32,000 bases of DNA. Origin: Nitrosospira multiformis ATCC 25196 (GTDB taxonomy: Bacteria > Pseudomonadota > Gammaproteobacteria > Burkholderiales > Nitrosomonadaceae). The stretch's first letter is position 1. The number at the start of each line of letters is the position of its first letter. The stretch is taken from positions 2,250,001 to 2,282,000 of the forward strand of contig NC_007614.1 of NCBI RefSeq assembly GCF_000196355.1. The letters run 5' to 3'. Positions 18,601 to 27,328 of the stretch are shown piece after piece. Below the pieces are notes generated by a model. It had not been told where the DNA came from. It was given only the letters and a program-made list of their open reading frames with translations, and did no database searches. The translations under genes were made by a program, and so were the position numbers.

Positions 18601-18719
18601 TAACTGGGAAGGGCGGCAATAGGCAAATTACCGTAAGCCATAATGCCGGCGAGAATAGCCGAGGCTGACAACAGCACCGTCATGATGGGACGGCGAATGC
18701 ACAGTTCCGAGAGATTCAT
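15630..18719 (-). CDS. RND (HAE1, MdtB/MdtC/AcrB-like) efflux transporter permease
   Basis: It is 1029 aa. The N-terminus is [29 protein letters not shown]...[32 protein letters not shown]. It has the 12-TM architecture with two large periplasmic loops. Confidence 0.95.
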   Translation of the reverse strand: [1029 protein letters not shown]

Positions 18720-18770
18720 CGCGCTGACTTCATGCTGTTGCAGATCGGCCCTGCCAAAACAATTTGCTCA

Positions 18771-19958
18771 TCAGGAGTTTCTACCCGCTGCCCCGGCACC
18801 AGTCTTGATGGAACTCGCCTCCGTTACGGCGCTGCCCGGACGGAGATTCTGCGCCCCCTCCGCTACCACATGCATCCCGGAAGTAATGGCCTTTCCCTCT
18901 ACTACCGCAACCCCTTCCTGTACCAGGCGCACCTCGACCGAAAAAGGCTTTACCTTTCCGGTTTCGTCCAGTACATACAGGAATTTTCCTTCCGGTCCAT
19001 TCTGCACGGCCTGCACCGGCACCGTCAGAGCATGGATCAAAGTTTGCGGCGCGAGCGACACCATGACAAACATGCCTGGCCACAGGTGCCTGTCGGCATT
19101 GGGAAACTCTGCCTTGAGACGAATTGTACCGCTTGCCGTATCGACGGCATTATCGATAAATATCAGGCGGCCCGTTCTTGTCTGTTTTTGCGGCCCATTC
19201 AGCTCGACGGTTACCGGCACTTCGCCTTTCGCAAAAGCCTGCTGCAAAGGTATGAAGTCGCGTTCCGGCAAGGTGAAGCTGACGTTGATCGGATCGATCT
19301 GGGTAATGCTCACCAAAGCATCATTGGGCTGCACCAAGCTGCCCTGATATACCGAAATGGCGCCCGAACGACCAGAGATCGGGGCAGTGATTTCGCTGAA
19401 GCCGCGGGCGATTCTATTCGCCTGAGCTGTAGCCTCATCGACTGTAAGCTGGGCGCGTAGCGCATCCACCTGATTCTCCGCCACATCCAGGGCCGCCTGC
19501 GAAATAAAATCCTGCCTGAACAGTTCCCGCTGGCGTTCAAGATTACGTTCCGCATTTCTCAAATCGGCACGTGACTTCGCCAGTTGCCCCTCTGTTCTGC
19601 GCACATTGGCATCCTCAGTGCGCGCGTCGAGCGTGAAAAGCGGCTCGCCCTTTCGAACGAATTGACCTTCCCTGATATGCACGGCGCTGATCATTGCGCT
19701 CAGCTGGGGACGCACGGCCACCATCTGCTGCGCCGACACGGTACCGTTGGCAGCGAGTTGTACCGGTACGTTCTGCTGGTTGATGACCGCTGTTATTACC
19801 GGCGTAGGTTCCGAAGTCTTCTTCTTCGCATCGATCGCGCCACTCGGGTTACGCCACATCCAGGTCCCCGCTATCAGGGCAGCCAGTATAAAACCAAGGA
19901 TTGTGACTCTCAGGCGTCGGACAGGTGTAGTCCTTTTTATTTCAGAAATAGCTTCCAT
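18771..19958 (-). CDS. RND efflux periplasmic adaptor (membrane fusion protein, MdtA-like)
   Basis: An N-terminal TM anchor is followed by a coiled-coil hairpin (LAKSRADLRNAERNLERQRELFRQDFISQAALD) and beta-barrel domains. The gene lies 51 nt upstream of the RND gene. Confidence 0.92.
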   Translation of the reverse strand: MEAISEIKRTTPVRRLRVTILGFILAALIAGTWMWRNPSGAIDAKKKTSEPTPVITAVINQQNVPVQLAANGTVSAQQMVAVRPQLSAMISAVHIREGQFVRKGEPLFTLDARTEDANVRRTEGQLAKSRADLRNAERNLERQRELFRQDFISQAALDVAENQVDALRAQLTVDEATAQANRIARGFSEITAPISGRSGAISVYQGSLVQPNDALVSITQIDPINVSFTLPERDFIPLQQAFAKGEVPVTVELNGPQKQTRTGRLIFIDNAVDTASGTIRLKAEFPNADRHLWPGMFVMVSLAPQTLIHALTVPVQAVQNGPEGKFLYVLDETGKVKPFSVEVRLVQEGVAVVEGKAITSGMHVVAEGAQNLRPGSAVTEASSIKTGAGAAGRNS

Positions 19959-20082
19959 CAGGGAGACTTAGCCGAATGCGATCGAATTATGGGTCCGGAA
20001 AGGGAGAGGAGCATACCAAGAAGTACAGCGGGAAGCACCGTCTTATCAGTTGGCCGCACCGTGAAGATACTTCTCGACTTCT

Positions 20083-20769
20083 TCAATCCACGATTTTTCC
20101 TCCGGCAAGCCGTATTCTCCCTGCACAACGGCTGGAGATGGCTTCATCGTGTGTTACCAGAATGAGCGTTGTCCCACGCTCGCGGTTCAGTTCAAACATG
20201 AGCTCTATGATTTGGGCGCCCGTCGCAGAATCAAGGTTGCCTGTCGGTTCATCCGCCAATACCAGTCGAGGTTGGGTAACAAAGGCGCGCGCAATAGCGA
20301 CGCGTTGCTGCTCTCCTCCTGAGAGCTGGCGCGGATAATGCCTTAGACGCTGTCCAAGCCCCACTCGTTCAAGCAATTCGCGCGAGGCGCTGCCGGCATC
20401 CGACATATTCGCAAGTTCCAGGGGCAACATCACGTTTTCCATCGCAGTGAGCGCCGGCAACAGTTGAAATGACTGGAAGACAAATCCCAGCATACGTCCG
20501 CGAAGTGCCGCCCGCGCATCCTCGTCCAACAGAAAAATATCCTCGCCATCAAGATGAACCTTACCGCTCGAAGGCGTATCTAATCCTGCTAACAACCCCA
20601 GCAATGTCGACTTTCCTGAACCCGACGCTCCTACTACGGCGACGGAATCGCCAGCATTGATGCTTAAATTGATGTTCTCCAGAATGGTGAGTTGTTCGTC
20701 GCCGGTATTCACTTGCTTGGTCAATCCAATCGCCTGCACGATGGGCCGTACTACAACATTATCTGTCAT
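20083..20769 (-). CDS. MacB/LolD-type ABC transporter ATP-binding protein, YbbA-like
   Basis: Walker A GASGSGKST, signature LSGGEQQRVAIARA and Walker B LVLADEPTGNLD are present. It is collinear with E. coli YbbA as recalled, and an SD (AGGAAA) lies 6 nt before the ATG. It is divergent from a tesA-like gene, as in the E. coli tesA/ybbA locus. Confidence 0.88.
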   Translation of the reverse strand: MTDNVVVRPIVQAIGLTKQVNTGDEQLTILENINLSINAGDSVAVVGASGSGKSTLLGLLAGLDTPSSGKVHLDGEDIFLLDEDARAALRGRMLGFVFQSFQLLPALTAMENVMLPLELANMSDAGSASRELLERVGLGQRLRHYPRQLSGGEQQRVAIARAFVTQPRLVLADEPTGNLDSATGAQIIELMFELNRERGTTLILVTHDEAISSRCAGRIRLAGGKIVD

Positions 20770-21460
20770 GAAAAATTTCCTGGTTATTCTCTATCTGATA
20801 TCGGCATTCTTTACCCCCACTTTGGGCGCAACCGTGGGGCCGGCGCCCGCGCCCGCCTCCGGAGCCACGACCGTTATGGTATTCGGCGACAGTTTATCTG
20901 CCGGTTATGGCTTGCCTCCGGATGCAGGCTGGGTCAACCTGCTCAAGAACCGGCTGCAAGCACAATCACAGACATATCTGATCAATAACAGCATCAGTGG
21001 CGAGACCGCATGGGGAGGACGCAACCGGATCGAGAAAGCGCTCAAGACCCATCGTCCTGACATCGTCATTGTCGAGTTGGGAGGTAATGACGGACTGAGA
21101 GGAGCGTCCATCGGATCCATCCGGGACAATCTCGAAGCCATCATTGAAGCCTGCAAGCGGAACAATGCCACTGTACTGTTGGCCGGAATGCAATTGCCGC
21201 CAAATTATGGCATAACATATACTCAAAAGTTTCAGGATATTTACCCTCAACTCGCCAAACGCCACGACATCAAACTCGTGCCGTTTCTCCTGGATGGCTT
21301 CGGTAACAAACGCGAATTTTTTCAGGCAGATGGAATACATCCCACCGCTCGGGCCCAGGAAAAAATCGTGGAAAACGTCTGGAAAGTGTTGAGAACGATG
21401 CTCGAGGCTCCCCAGAAATCTTCACCACCGCTTGCTTACGACTCTCCGGAGACGCGGTGA
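20768..21460 (+). CDS. SGNH/GDSL arylesterase-thioesterase, TesA-like, with signal peptide
   Basis: Motifs present are VMVFGDSLSAGYGL (block I Ser), ELGGNDGLRG and DGIHP (catalytic His). The signal peptide MKNFLVILYLISAFFTPTLGA begins at the ATG at 20768. The listed ORF start at 20657 is an upstream extension inside the divergent gene. Confidence 0.85.
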   Translation: MKNFLVILYLISAFFTPTLGATVGPAPAPASGATTVMVFGDSLSAGYGLPPDAGWVNLLKNRLQAQSQTYLINNSISGETAWGGRNRIEKALKTHRPDIVIVELGGNDGLRGASIGSIRDNLEAIIEACKRNNATVLLAGMQLPPNYGITYTQKFQDIYPQLAKRHDIKLVPFLLDGFGNKREFFQADGIHPTARAQEKIVENVWKVLRTMLEAPQKSSPPLAYDSPETR

Positions 21461-21612
21461 AGCCATACAGGCTGGAATGAGCTTGCCTGCGGGATTTGTC
21501 ACTATCCAGAAATTGAGGTAATGTAATCTCGGCCTTATGAGAAATAGCATGATGGGAGAGAACCCGGAGAGCAATATTTGGTGAGTTCGCGCTGCGGATA
21601 TGAATAAAGAAA

Positions 21613-22113
21613 ATGATCGGTAGCTACAGGCATATTCTGCTGGCAGTGGACTTTTCGGAGCACGGAAATCACGTTATCCGAAAAGCAAGGTATCTGGCGG
21701 AAACATTTCAGGCAAAGCTCAGCATCATTCATGTGCTTGATAACATTCCCATGCCTGATATGGCATATGGAACCATTGTCCCCCTCGAGGAATATTCAGC
21801 TTACGAGTTGCTGGAAGCGGAAAAAAAGAAGCTGGAACAAGTGGCTGACCGTTTGGGAGTGGACGTCCGGCAGCGCTGGCTGGTATGGGGCGTGCCCGCA
21901 CAGGAAATAGTTCGCGTAGCAGAGCAGGAACAGGTCGACCTCATCGTTGTCGGCTCGCATGGGCGCCACGGCCTTGCACTACTGCTGGGATCGACAGCAA
22001 ACAGCGTTCTCCATCATGCGAAATGCGATGTTATCGCCATTCGCCTGCAGGATGAGGTAACGAGCGACGAATCGATACTGGAGAGATCAGCGCTCGATCC
22101 CTTGGCGTCCTAG
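21613..22113 (+). CDS. universal stress protein (UspA family)
   Basis: YRHILLAVDFSEHG..., VDLIVVGSHGRHGLALLLGSTANSVLHHAKCDVIAIR is the canonical Usp ATP-binding motif region. Confidence 0.9.
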   Translation: MIGSYRHILLAVDFSEHGNHVIRKARYLAETFQAKLSIIHVLDNIPMPDMAYGTIVPLEEYSAYELLEAEKKKLEQVADRLGVDVRQRWLVWGVPAQEIVRVAEQEQVDLIVVGSHGRHGLALLLGSTANSVLHHAKCDVIAIRLQDEVTSDESILERSALDPLAS

Positions 22114-22171
22114 TCTGGCCTCCGTTTTGCAATCCAGTCGCTCCACAGCTTCAGCCGGAGCATTGCTGGCA

Positions 22172-22972
22172 TCACCAGAATTTCCACCAGGGCTCGCCGT
22201 TGGTCCCCGTCGAGTCGGATAGAAAACGGCTGTTTGGAAAGTTTTTTCTCATGACACGATCGGCATCATCGCGCAAATCAGTCATGCCCAAGGCGTCGTA
22301 GGCCTTCACCATGATGAACAAGGCCTCTTCCGTCGCCGGGGTTTGCGGATATTCCTTCAAGGCATATTGGGCGCGGTTGGCTGCGGCAACATACCCTCCC
22401 CGTTTCATATAGTAGCGCGCCACCTGTATTTCATTCAGCGCTACGACGTTGACCAGATGCTTCATGCGTTGCACTGCATCGGGCGCGTACTTGCTCTTGG
22501 GAAAACGGTTCACCAGCTCCTTGAAATTTTCAAATGATTCGTGCGATGCCTTGGGATCGCGCTCGCTCATGTCCTGGTTGAGAATCTTTTCCGTGACGAT
22601 GCCCATCAACCCCAGGTCATCGTTGAAATTCGCCAGACCCTTCAGGTAATACGCATAATCCACATTGGGATGGTTTGGATGAAGCTTGATGAAACGATCG
22701 GCAGCCGCAATCGCCAGCGCCTGCTCGCCATCCTTGTAATGCGCATAGCCGATTTCCAGCTGCGCCTGCTGCGCATAGCGCCCGTAAGGGTAGCGCGCTT
22801 CCAGCGCTTCAAAAAGTTTGATGGCGGCAGCATAATTGCCATCGTTCAATTCCGATTTTGCCTCGGTATAGTATTTACTCGCCGACCACGCCTTGGTGTC
22901 CTCCATTTCCTTGGGAAACAGGCCGCATGCCGATAGCAGCAATGCGAGAAATAAAGCTACACTACGTAACAT
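22172..22972 (-). CDS. bamD: outer membrane protein assembly factor BamD (lipoprotein)
   Basis: The lipobox is LLLSAC. TPR-like repeats follow (YYTEAKSELNDGNYAAAIKLFEALEARYPYGRYAQQAQLEIGYAHYK). It is divergent from rluD, as in many proteobacteria. Confidence 0.93.
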   Translation of the reverse strand: MLRSVALFLALLLSACGLFPKEMEDTKAWSASKYYTEAKSELNDGNYAAAIKLFEALEARYPYGRYAQQAQLEIGYAHYKDGEQALAIAAADRFIKLHPNHPNVDYAYYLKGLANFNDDLGLMGIVTEKILNQDMSERDPKASHESFENFKELVNRFPKSKYAPDAVQRMKHLVNVVALNEIQVARYYMKRGGYVAAANRAQYALKEYPQTPATEEALFIMVKAYDALGMTDLRDDADRVMRKNFPNSRFLSDSTGTNGEPWWKFW

Positions 22973-24026
22973 GATGAATTCAGTGCCAGGAAAAAGGAAT
23001 AACCATTATAGCCCAAAGCCTATAGTGCCCGAACCAGCGCATCCGGCGCCCGAGCCGCCGGGGAGGGTTGTGGAACTGATCATTCCCGACCATTGCGCCG
23101 GCCTCCGGCTGGATCAGGCCCTGGCGCAACTATTGGCCGAATGGTCTCGCAGCCGGCTGCAATCTTGGATTCTGGAAAAGAGGGTAAGCGTAGATGGCGC
23201 ATGCAGCCTTCCCCGGCAGAAAGTGTGGGGTGGGGAAAAGATCGTACTCTCTCCCGCACGCGATCCTGCTGAAACTGCGCATGAGCCGGAAGCCATTGCG
23301 CTGGATATTGTCCATGAAGATCACGCCATCATTATCATCGATAAGCCCGCGGGGCTCGTCGTCCATCCCGGCAGCGGAAACTGGCAGGGCACCCTGCTCA
23401 ATGCATTGCTGCACCATTCCCCTCAATTAAGCGGCATACCGCGCTCCGGTATCGTTCACCGTCTGGACAAGGAAACCAGCGGTCTCCTGGTAGTGGCAAA
23501 AACCCTGGAAGCCCAAACCAGCCTGGTGCGCCAGTTGCAAAAGCGCACGGTCAAACGGGAGTATCTGGCGCTGGTCTGGGGCAGCGTTTCCTCCCACGGA
23601 AGGGTTGACGCTCCGGTCGGCCGCCATCCGGTACAGCGGACCAGAATGGCAGTAGTCGCGAGTGGCAAGGAAGCGCGCACACGTTACGAGGTATTGGAGC
23701 AATTCACCGATTGCACCTTGCTCCGGTGCGGACTGGAGACAGGGCGCACCCATCAGATACGCGTGCACATGCAGTCTCTCGGCCATCCCCTGGTGGGAGA
23801 TCCGTTGTATGGCGGCAAAGCAAAAAAAGGCAGCAGTGCGACGATGCAGTTGGCTGCTTTTCCCCGGCAGGCGTTGCATGCCCACAAGCTGGAATTGACG
23901 CATCCGCAGAACGGCCAGAGAATGGGATGGGAAGCGCCATTGCCGGAAGACATGAGCAACCTGCTGCTGATGCTTCAGAAAGCGCGTGATAAAGAATCCC
24001 ATGCAATTCCAGCCATGATCAAATGA
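22971..24026 (+). CDS. rluD: 23S rRNA pseudouridine synthase RluD (start uncertain)
   Basis: An S4 domain (GLRLDQALAQLLAEWSRSRLQSWILEKRVSVDG) and the catalytic HRLDKETSGLLVVAK and GRTHQIRVH motifs are present. The first ATG (22971) adds a Pro-rich stretch of about 33 aa with no RluD counterpart. An in-frame GTG at 23070 preceded by GGGAGGG is an alternative start. Confidence 0.9.
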   Translation: MMNSVPGKRNNHYSPKPIVPEPAHPAPEPPGRVVELIIPDHCAGLRLDQALAQLLAEWSRSRLQSWILEKRVSVDGACSLPRQKVWGGEKIVLSPARDPAETAHEPEAIALDIVHEDHAIIIIDKPAGLVVHPGSGNWQGTLLNALLHHSPQLSGIPRSGIVHRLDKETSGLLVVAKTLEAQTSLVRQLQKRTVKREYLALVWGSVSSHGRVDAPVGRHPVQRTRMAVVASGKEARTRYEVLEQFTDCTLLRCGLETGRTHQIRVHMQSLGHPLVGDPLYGGKAKKGSSATMQLAAFPRQALHAHKLELTHPQNGQRMGWEAPLPEDMSNLLLMLQKARDKESHAIPAMIK

Positions 24027-24757
24027 ACGACTGGATCACTCCCGACTGGCCGGCCCCGCCCAATGTCAAGGCATTGTTCACTACACGCAACGGTGGAGTG
24101 AGTCAGAGCCCCTATGCCAGCCTTAACCTGGGCGGCCATGTAGGCGACGACACGGGAGCGGTCGAACAAAACCGCGCTCTGCTGCGGCGGTGTTTACCCG
24201 CCGACCCCCGGTGGCTGAACCAGGTGCATGGCACAAGCACGATCGGTATCGACCGCAACGACTGCACGTCCACATCCTGCGGGGATGCCGCATTCAGTCA
24301 GCGCGCCGCCCATATCTGCGCGATTCTTGTAGCCGACTGTCTGCCCATATTGTTGTGCGACCGCGGAGGAACCACAGTAGGCGCGCTTCATGGCGGATGG
24401 CGCGGATTGGCCGGAGGAATCGTGGAACAGGCCATATCTGCGATGGGAACAGATCCGGCTTCTCTTATGGCCTGGCTCGGCCCGGCAATCGGTCCGGGAT
24501 ATTTCGAGGTCGGGGAGGAAGTACGACAGGCTTTTATCCAGCGCGATGAAGAAGCCGCCCTCGCCTTCCGCCCGGGTCCCCATAAGGGGAAATGGTATGC
24601 CGACCTTTTCCTGCTGGCGCGGCAGCAGTTGAAGAATGCCGGCATTCCCGCGGTATATGGCGGAGGGGAATGTACTTTCAGCGATCCCGCGAGGTTTTTT
24701 TCTTATCGGCGCGATGGCAGCACAGGACGTATGGCCGCCTTGATCTGGCTAACATAA
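24023..24757 (+). CDS. pgeF: YfiH/PgeF-family purine nucleoside phosphorylase / peptidoglycan editing factor
   Basis: FTTRNGGVSQSPYASLNLGGHVGDD, DCLPILL and HGGWRG motifs are present. The start overlaps the rluD stop as ATGA (24023-24026). Confidence 0.9.
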   Translation: MNDWITPDWPAPPNVKALFTTRNGGVSQSPYASLNLGGHVGDDTGAVEQNRALLRRCLPADPRWLNQVHGTSTIGIDRNDCTSTSCGDAAFSQRAAHICAILVADCLPILLCDRGGTTVGALHGGWRGLAGGIVEQAISAMGTDPASLMAWLGPAIGPGYFEVGEEVRQAFIQRDEEAALAFRPGPHKGKWYADLFLLARQQLKNAGIPAVYGGGECTFSDPARFFSYRRDGSTGRMAALIWLT

Positions 24758-24897
24758 ATCGCCCGGTACAGCAGCGATAACGGCGATAAATATTCCGGTT
24801 GGAAGGGTCTTGCGACCGGATCCACTCCGCCGTCACCGTAATTTGGGCGCAACAGCGTATAATCGCGCCTTTTCCCGCCAGTATCTCAATAGCATCC

Positions 24898-25695
24898 ATG
24901 TCGACCTTTGCCTGGATCATCGTCACCAGCCTGTTCGGGGGTATCCTGAGCGTACTGTTCGCTGCCGTGCTGACGCTCAACACACGCACCTCCTGGGTTC
25001 AGATATTGATCTCGTATGCCATCGGGGCGCTATTGGGAGCCGCTTTCCTCAACGCCCTACCGGAAGCGCTCGAACTTTCTAAAAACCCGGGGCAAATGAC
25101 GGCTACGGTGCTGTTCGGCATCCTGCTATTCTTCATTCTGGAAAAACTAGTATTGTGGCGTCACTGCCATTCCCAAGAATGTGAAGTTCATGATCCCACC
25201 CGCAGCGTAATCGCCACCGGAACACATCAGCATGACTATGGCCGCAGCGGCATGATGATCATGCTGGGTGACACGTTTCACAATTTCGTCGACGGCATAC
25301 TGATTGCTGCCGCCTTCATGGCCGACATACAGTTGGGTATTGTCACCGCCATTGCCATCATTGCCCATGAAATTCCCCAGGAAGCCAGCGATTTTCTGAT
25401 ACTGCTCAATTCCGGGTATACCCGAAAACAAGCACTGCTTTTCAATCTGCTGTCCAGCGCGGCCACCCTGCTTGGGAGCATGGCGGCCTACTTCATGTTG
25501 CAGGACATGCGGCACCTGATCCCATCGCTGCTGGGCCTCGCAGCGGCGGCCATGATTTACGTGGCAATGTCGGATCTCATACCGGGCTTGCACAGGCGCC
25601 CCGAAATCGACGCGACCATCAAGCAGGTTGCCCTCATCACGCTCGGGATCAGCTCAATCTGGCTAGCTGGAAACCTGTTTGCTCATCATGCGTGA
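24898..25695 (+). CDS. ZIP-family divalent metal (zinc) transporter
   Basis: It is multi-TM, with a His-rich loop (HCHSQECEVHDP...HQHD) and the ZIP signature HEIPQEASDFLILL. The start is taken at the ATG at 24898 (MSTFAWIIVTSLFGG), and TATAAT at 24858-24863 lies upstream. The listed 24799 start is an extension. Confidence 0.85.
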   Translation: MSTFAWIIVTSLFGGILSVLFAAVLTLNTRTSWVQILISYAIGALLGAAFLNALPEALELSKNPGQMTATVLFGILLFFILEKLVLWRHCHSQECEVHDPTRSVIATGTHQHDYGRSGMMIMLGDTFHNFVDGILIAAAFMADIQLGIVTAIAIIAHEIPQEASDFLILLNSGYTRKQALLFNLLSSAATLLGSMAAYFMLQDMRHLIPSLLGLAAAAMIYVAMSDLIPGLHRRPEIDATIKQVALITLGISSIWLAGNLFAHHA

Positions 25696-25846
25696 GCTTC
25701 ATTTGCTCAAGCCGTTCTCACCCTCAAAAATCCTGAAGCGTTTTCCCGCCTTCCGGGGAATCCTCAGCCGGATATTTTGTCTCTGCAAAAACACATCATT
25801 CTTCTCACTCTGACTTTCCTTCGAGGAAAGCGATATTACAAATCAA

Positions 25847-27193
25847 ATGGCATCTCTGAAACAGCAGACTCCCCGTATCGGCTTTGTCTCCCTCGGTTGC
25901 CCGAAGGCCTTGGTAGATTCCGAGCAGATCCTTACCCAGCTTCGTGCCGAAGGTTATGAAACTTCCTCTACCTATGAGGATGCGGACCTTGTAGTCGTCA
26001 ATACCTGCGGTTTTATCGATAGCGCAGTGGAAGAGTCACTCGACGCTATCGGCGAGGCGCTGGCGGAAAACGGCAAGGTGATCGTCACCGGTTGCCTTGG
26101 AGCAAAAGAAGGCGGGGACGTGGTCAAGCAAGCCCATCCACAAGTACTGGCGGTGACAGGACCCCACGCCCTGCCCGAAGTAATGGCTGCGGTCCACATG
26201 CATCTGCCCCAGCCGCACGATCCCTATACCAGTCTCATTCCTCCACAAGGCATAAAGCTGACGCCCCGGCATTACGCTTATCTCAAGATCTCCGAAGGTT
26301 GCAATCACCGCTGTACCTTCTGCATCATCCCTTCGATGCGCGGCGACCTCGTCAGTCGCCCCATCCATCAGGTGATGGAGGAAGCGGAAAACCTGGTGAA
26401 CGCAGGGGTCAGGGAATTGCTCGTCATTTCGCAGGATACGAGCGCTTATGGGGTAGACGTCAAATACCGCACCGGTTTCTGGCAAGGCAGGCCGCTGAAA
26501 ACGCGGATGACCGACTTGGCGCGCTCGCTCGGCGAATTGGGAGTATGGGTTCGCCTCCATTATGTTTACCCTTACCCGCATGTCGATGAAGTGATTCCGC
26601 TCATGGCCGAGGGGAAAATTCTTCCATATCTCGATGTACCGTTTCAGCACGCTAGTCCCCGTATCTTGAAGGCAATGAAACGTCCGGCCAACTCCGAAAA
26701 CAATCTTTCCCGCATTCGGCGATGGCGTGAAGTCTGTCCGGATATCACCCTGCGCAGTACCTTCATTGTCGGCTTTCCCGGAGAAACAGAGGCGGAATTC
26801 GAACAACTCCTGGAGTTTCTCGAGGAAGCGCAACTCGATCGTGTTGGCTGCTTTGCCTATTCACCTGTCGAGGGTGCGGCGGCGAACGCTCTTCCCGATC
26901 CCGTGCCGGAAGAGGTGAAAGAAGAGCGACGGGCGTGTTTCATGGCAATACAGGAAAAAATCAGTGCTGAACGCCTGGCCCGCAAAATCGGCAAACGCAT
27001 GATTGTCCTGATAGACGACGTAAGCAAAAACAAGGCTGTCGCCCGTAGTACTGCCGACGCTCCGGAAATCGATGGCCTGGTTTATATCGGCAAGGCAAAA
27101 AACGTAAAACCGGGTGAATTTATTGAAGTTGAAATTATCCGCTCCGACCCCCACGATCTGCACGCTCGACAGGTCAGCGACAACCGAACGTAA
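25847..27193 (+). CDS. rimO: ribosomal protein S12 methylthiotransferase
   Basis: The N-terminal motif is [18 protein letters not shown]. The radical-SAM motif is [18 protein letters not shown] domain sits at the C-terminus and the protein is 448 aa. Confidence 0.94.
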
Positions 27194-27223
27194 GGGATCC
27201 TGAGTAGCTATCGGAGCTATCGG

Positions 27224-27251
27224 TTGACATGCTCAGTATTAGGGCGATAAT
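27224..27251 (+). promoter_or_regulatory. candidate sigma70 promoter for the cytochrome c gene
   Basis: A consensus TTGACA (27224-27229) is separated by 16 nt from GATAAT (27246-27251), about 75 nt upstream of the TTG start. It is immediately preceded by a 9-nt tandem repeat, AGCTATCGG x2 (27206-27223). Confidence 0.45.
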
Positions 27252-27328
27252 CCCGGTAAAAGCTGATTGCAGGAGTCATGACGCGCTAATAAGTGAGTGA
27301 GTAGAAACCGAACGGACGGGAGATCAAG

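Noticed and set aside
15630-19958. MFP+RND pair, considered as a possible novel system
   Set aside because: This is a standard two-gene HAE1-type efflux module of the MdtABC/AcrAB style. Lack of an adjacent outer-membrane factor gene is common. Only its genomic context is noted in the findings.
25814-25830. Hairpin CTTTCC-TTCGA-GGAAAG 17 nt upstream of the rimO ATG, where no SD is visible
   Set aside because: The 6-bp stem is short and common by chance. Without conservation data I cannot argue for a regulatory role.
26036-26833. 265-aa minus-strand ORF inside rimO. Similar shadows lie inside the TPR gene (14065-14706, 14340-15071), the MFP gene (18643-19460), apbC (10506-11135) and rluD (23427-24002).
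   Set aside because: All are shadow frames of confidently identified genes, and there is no independent support for any of them.
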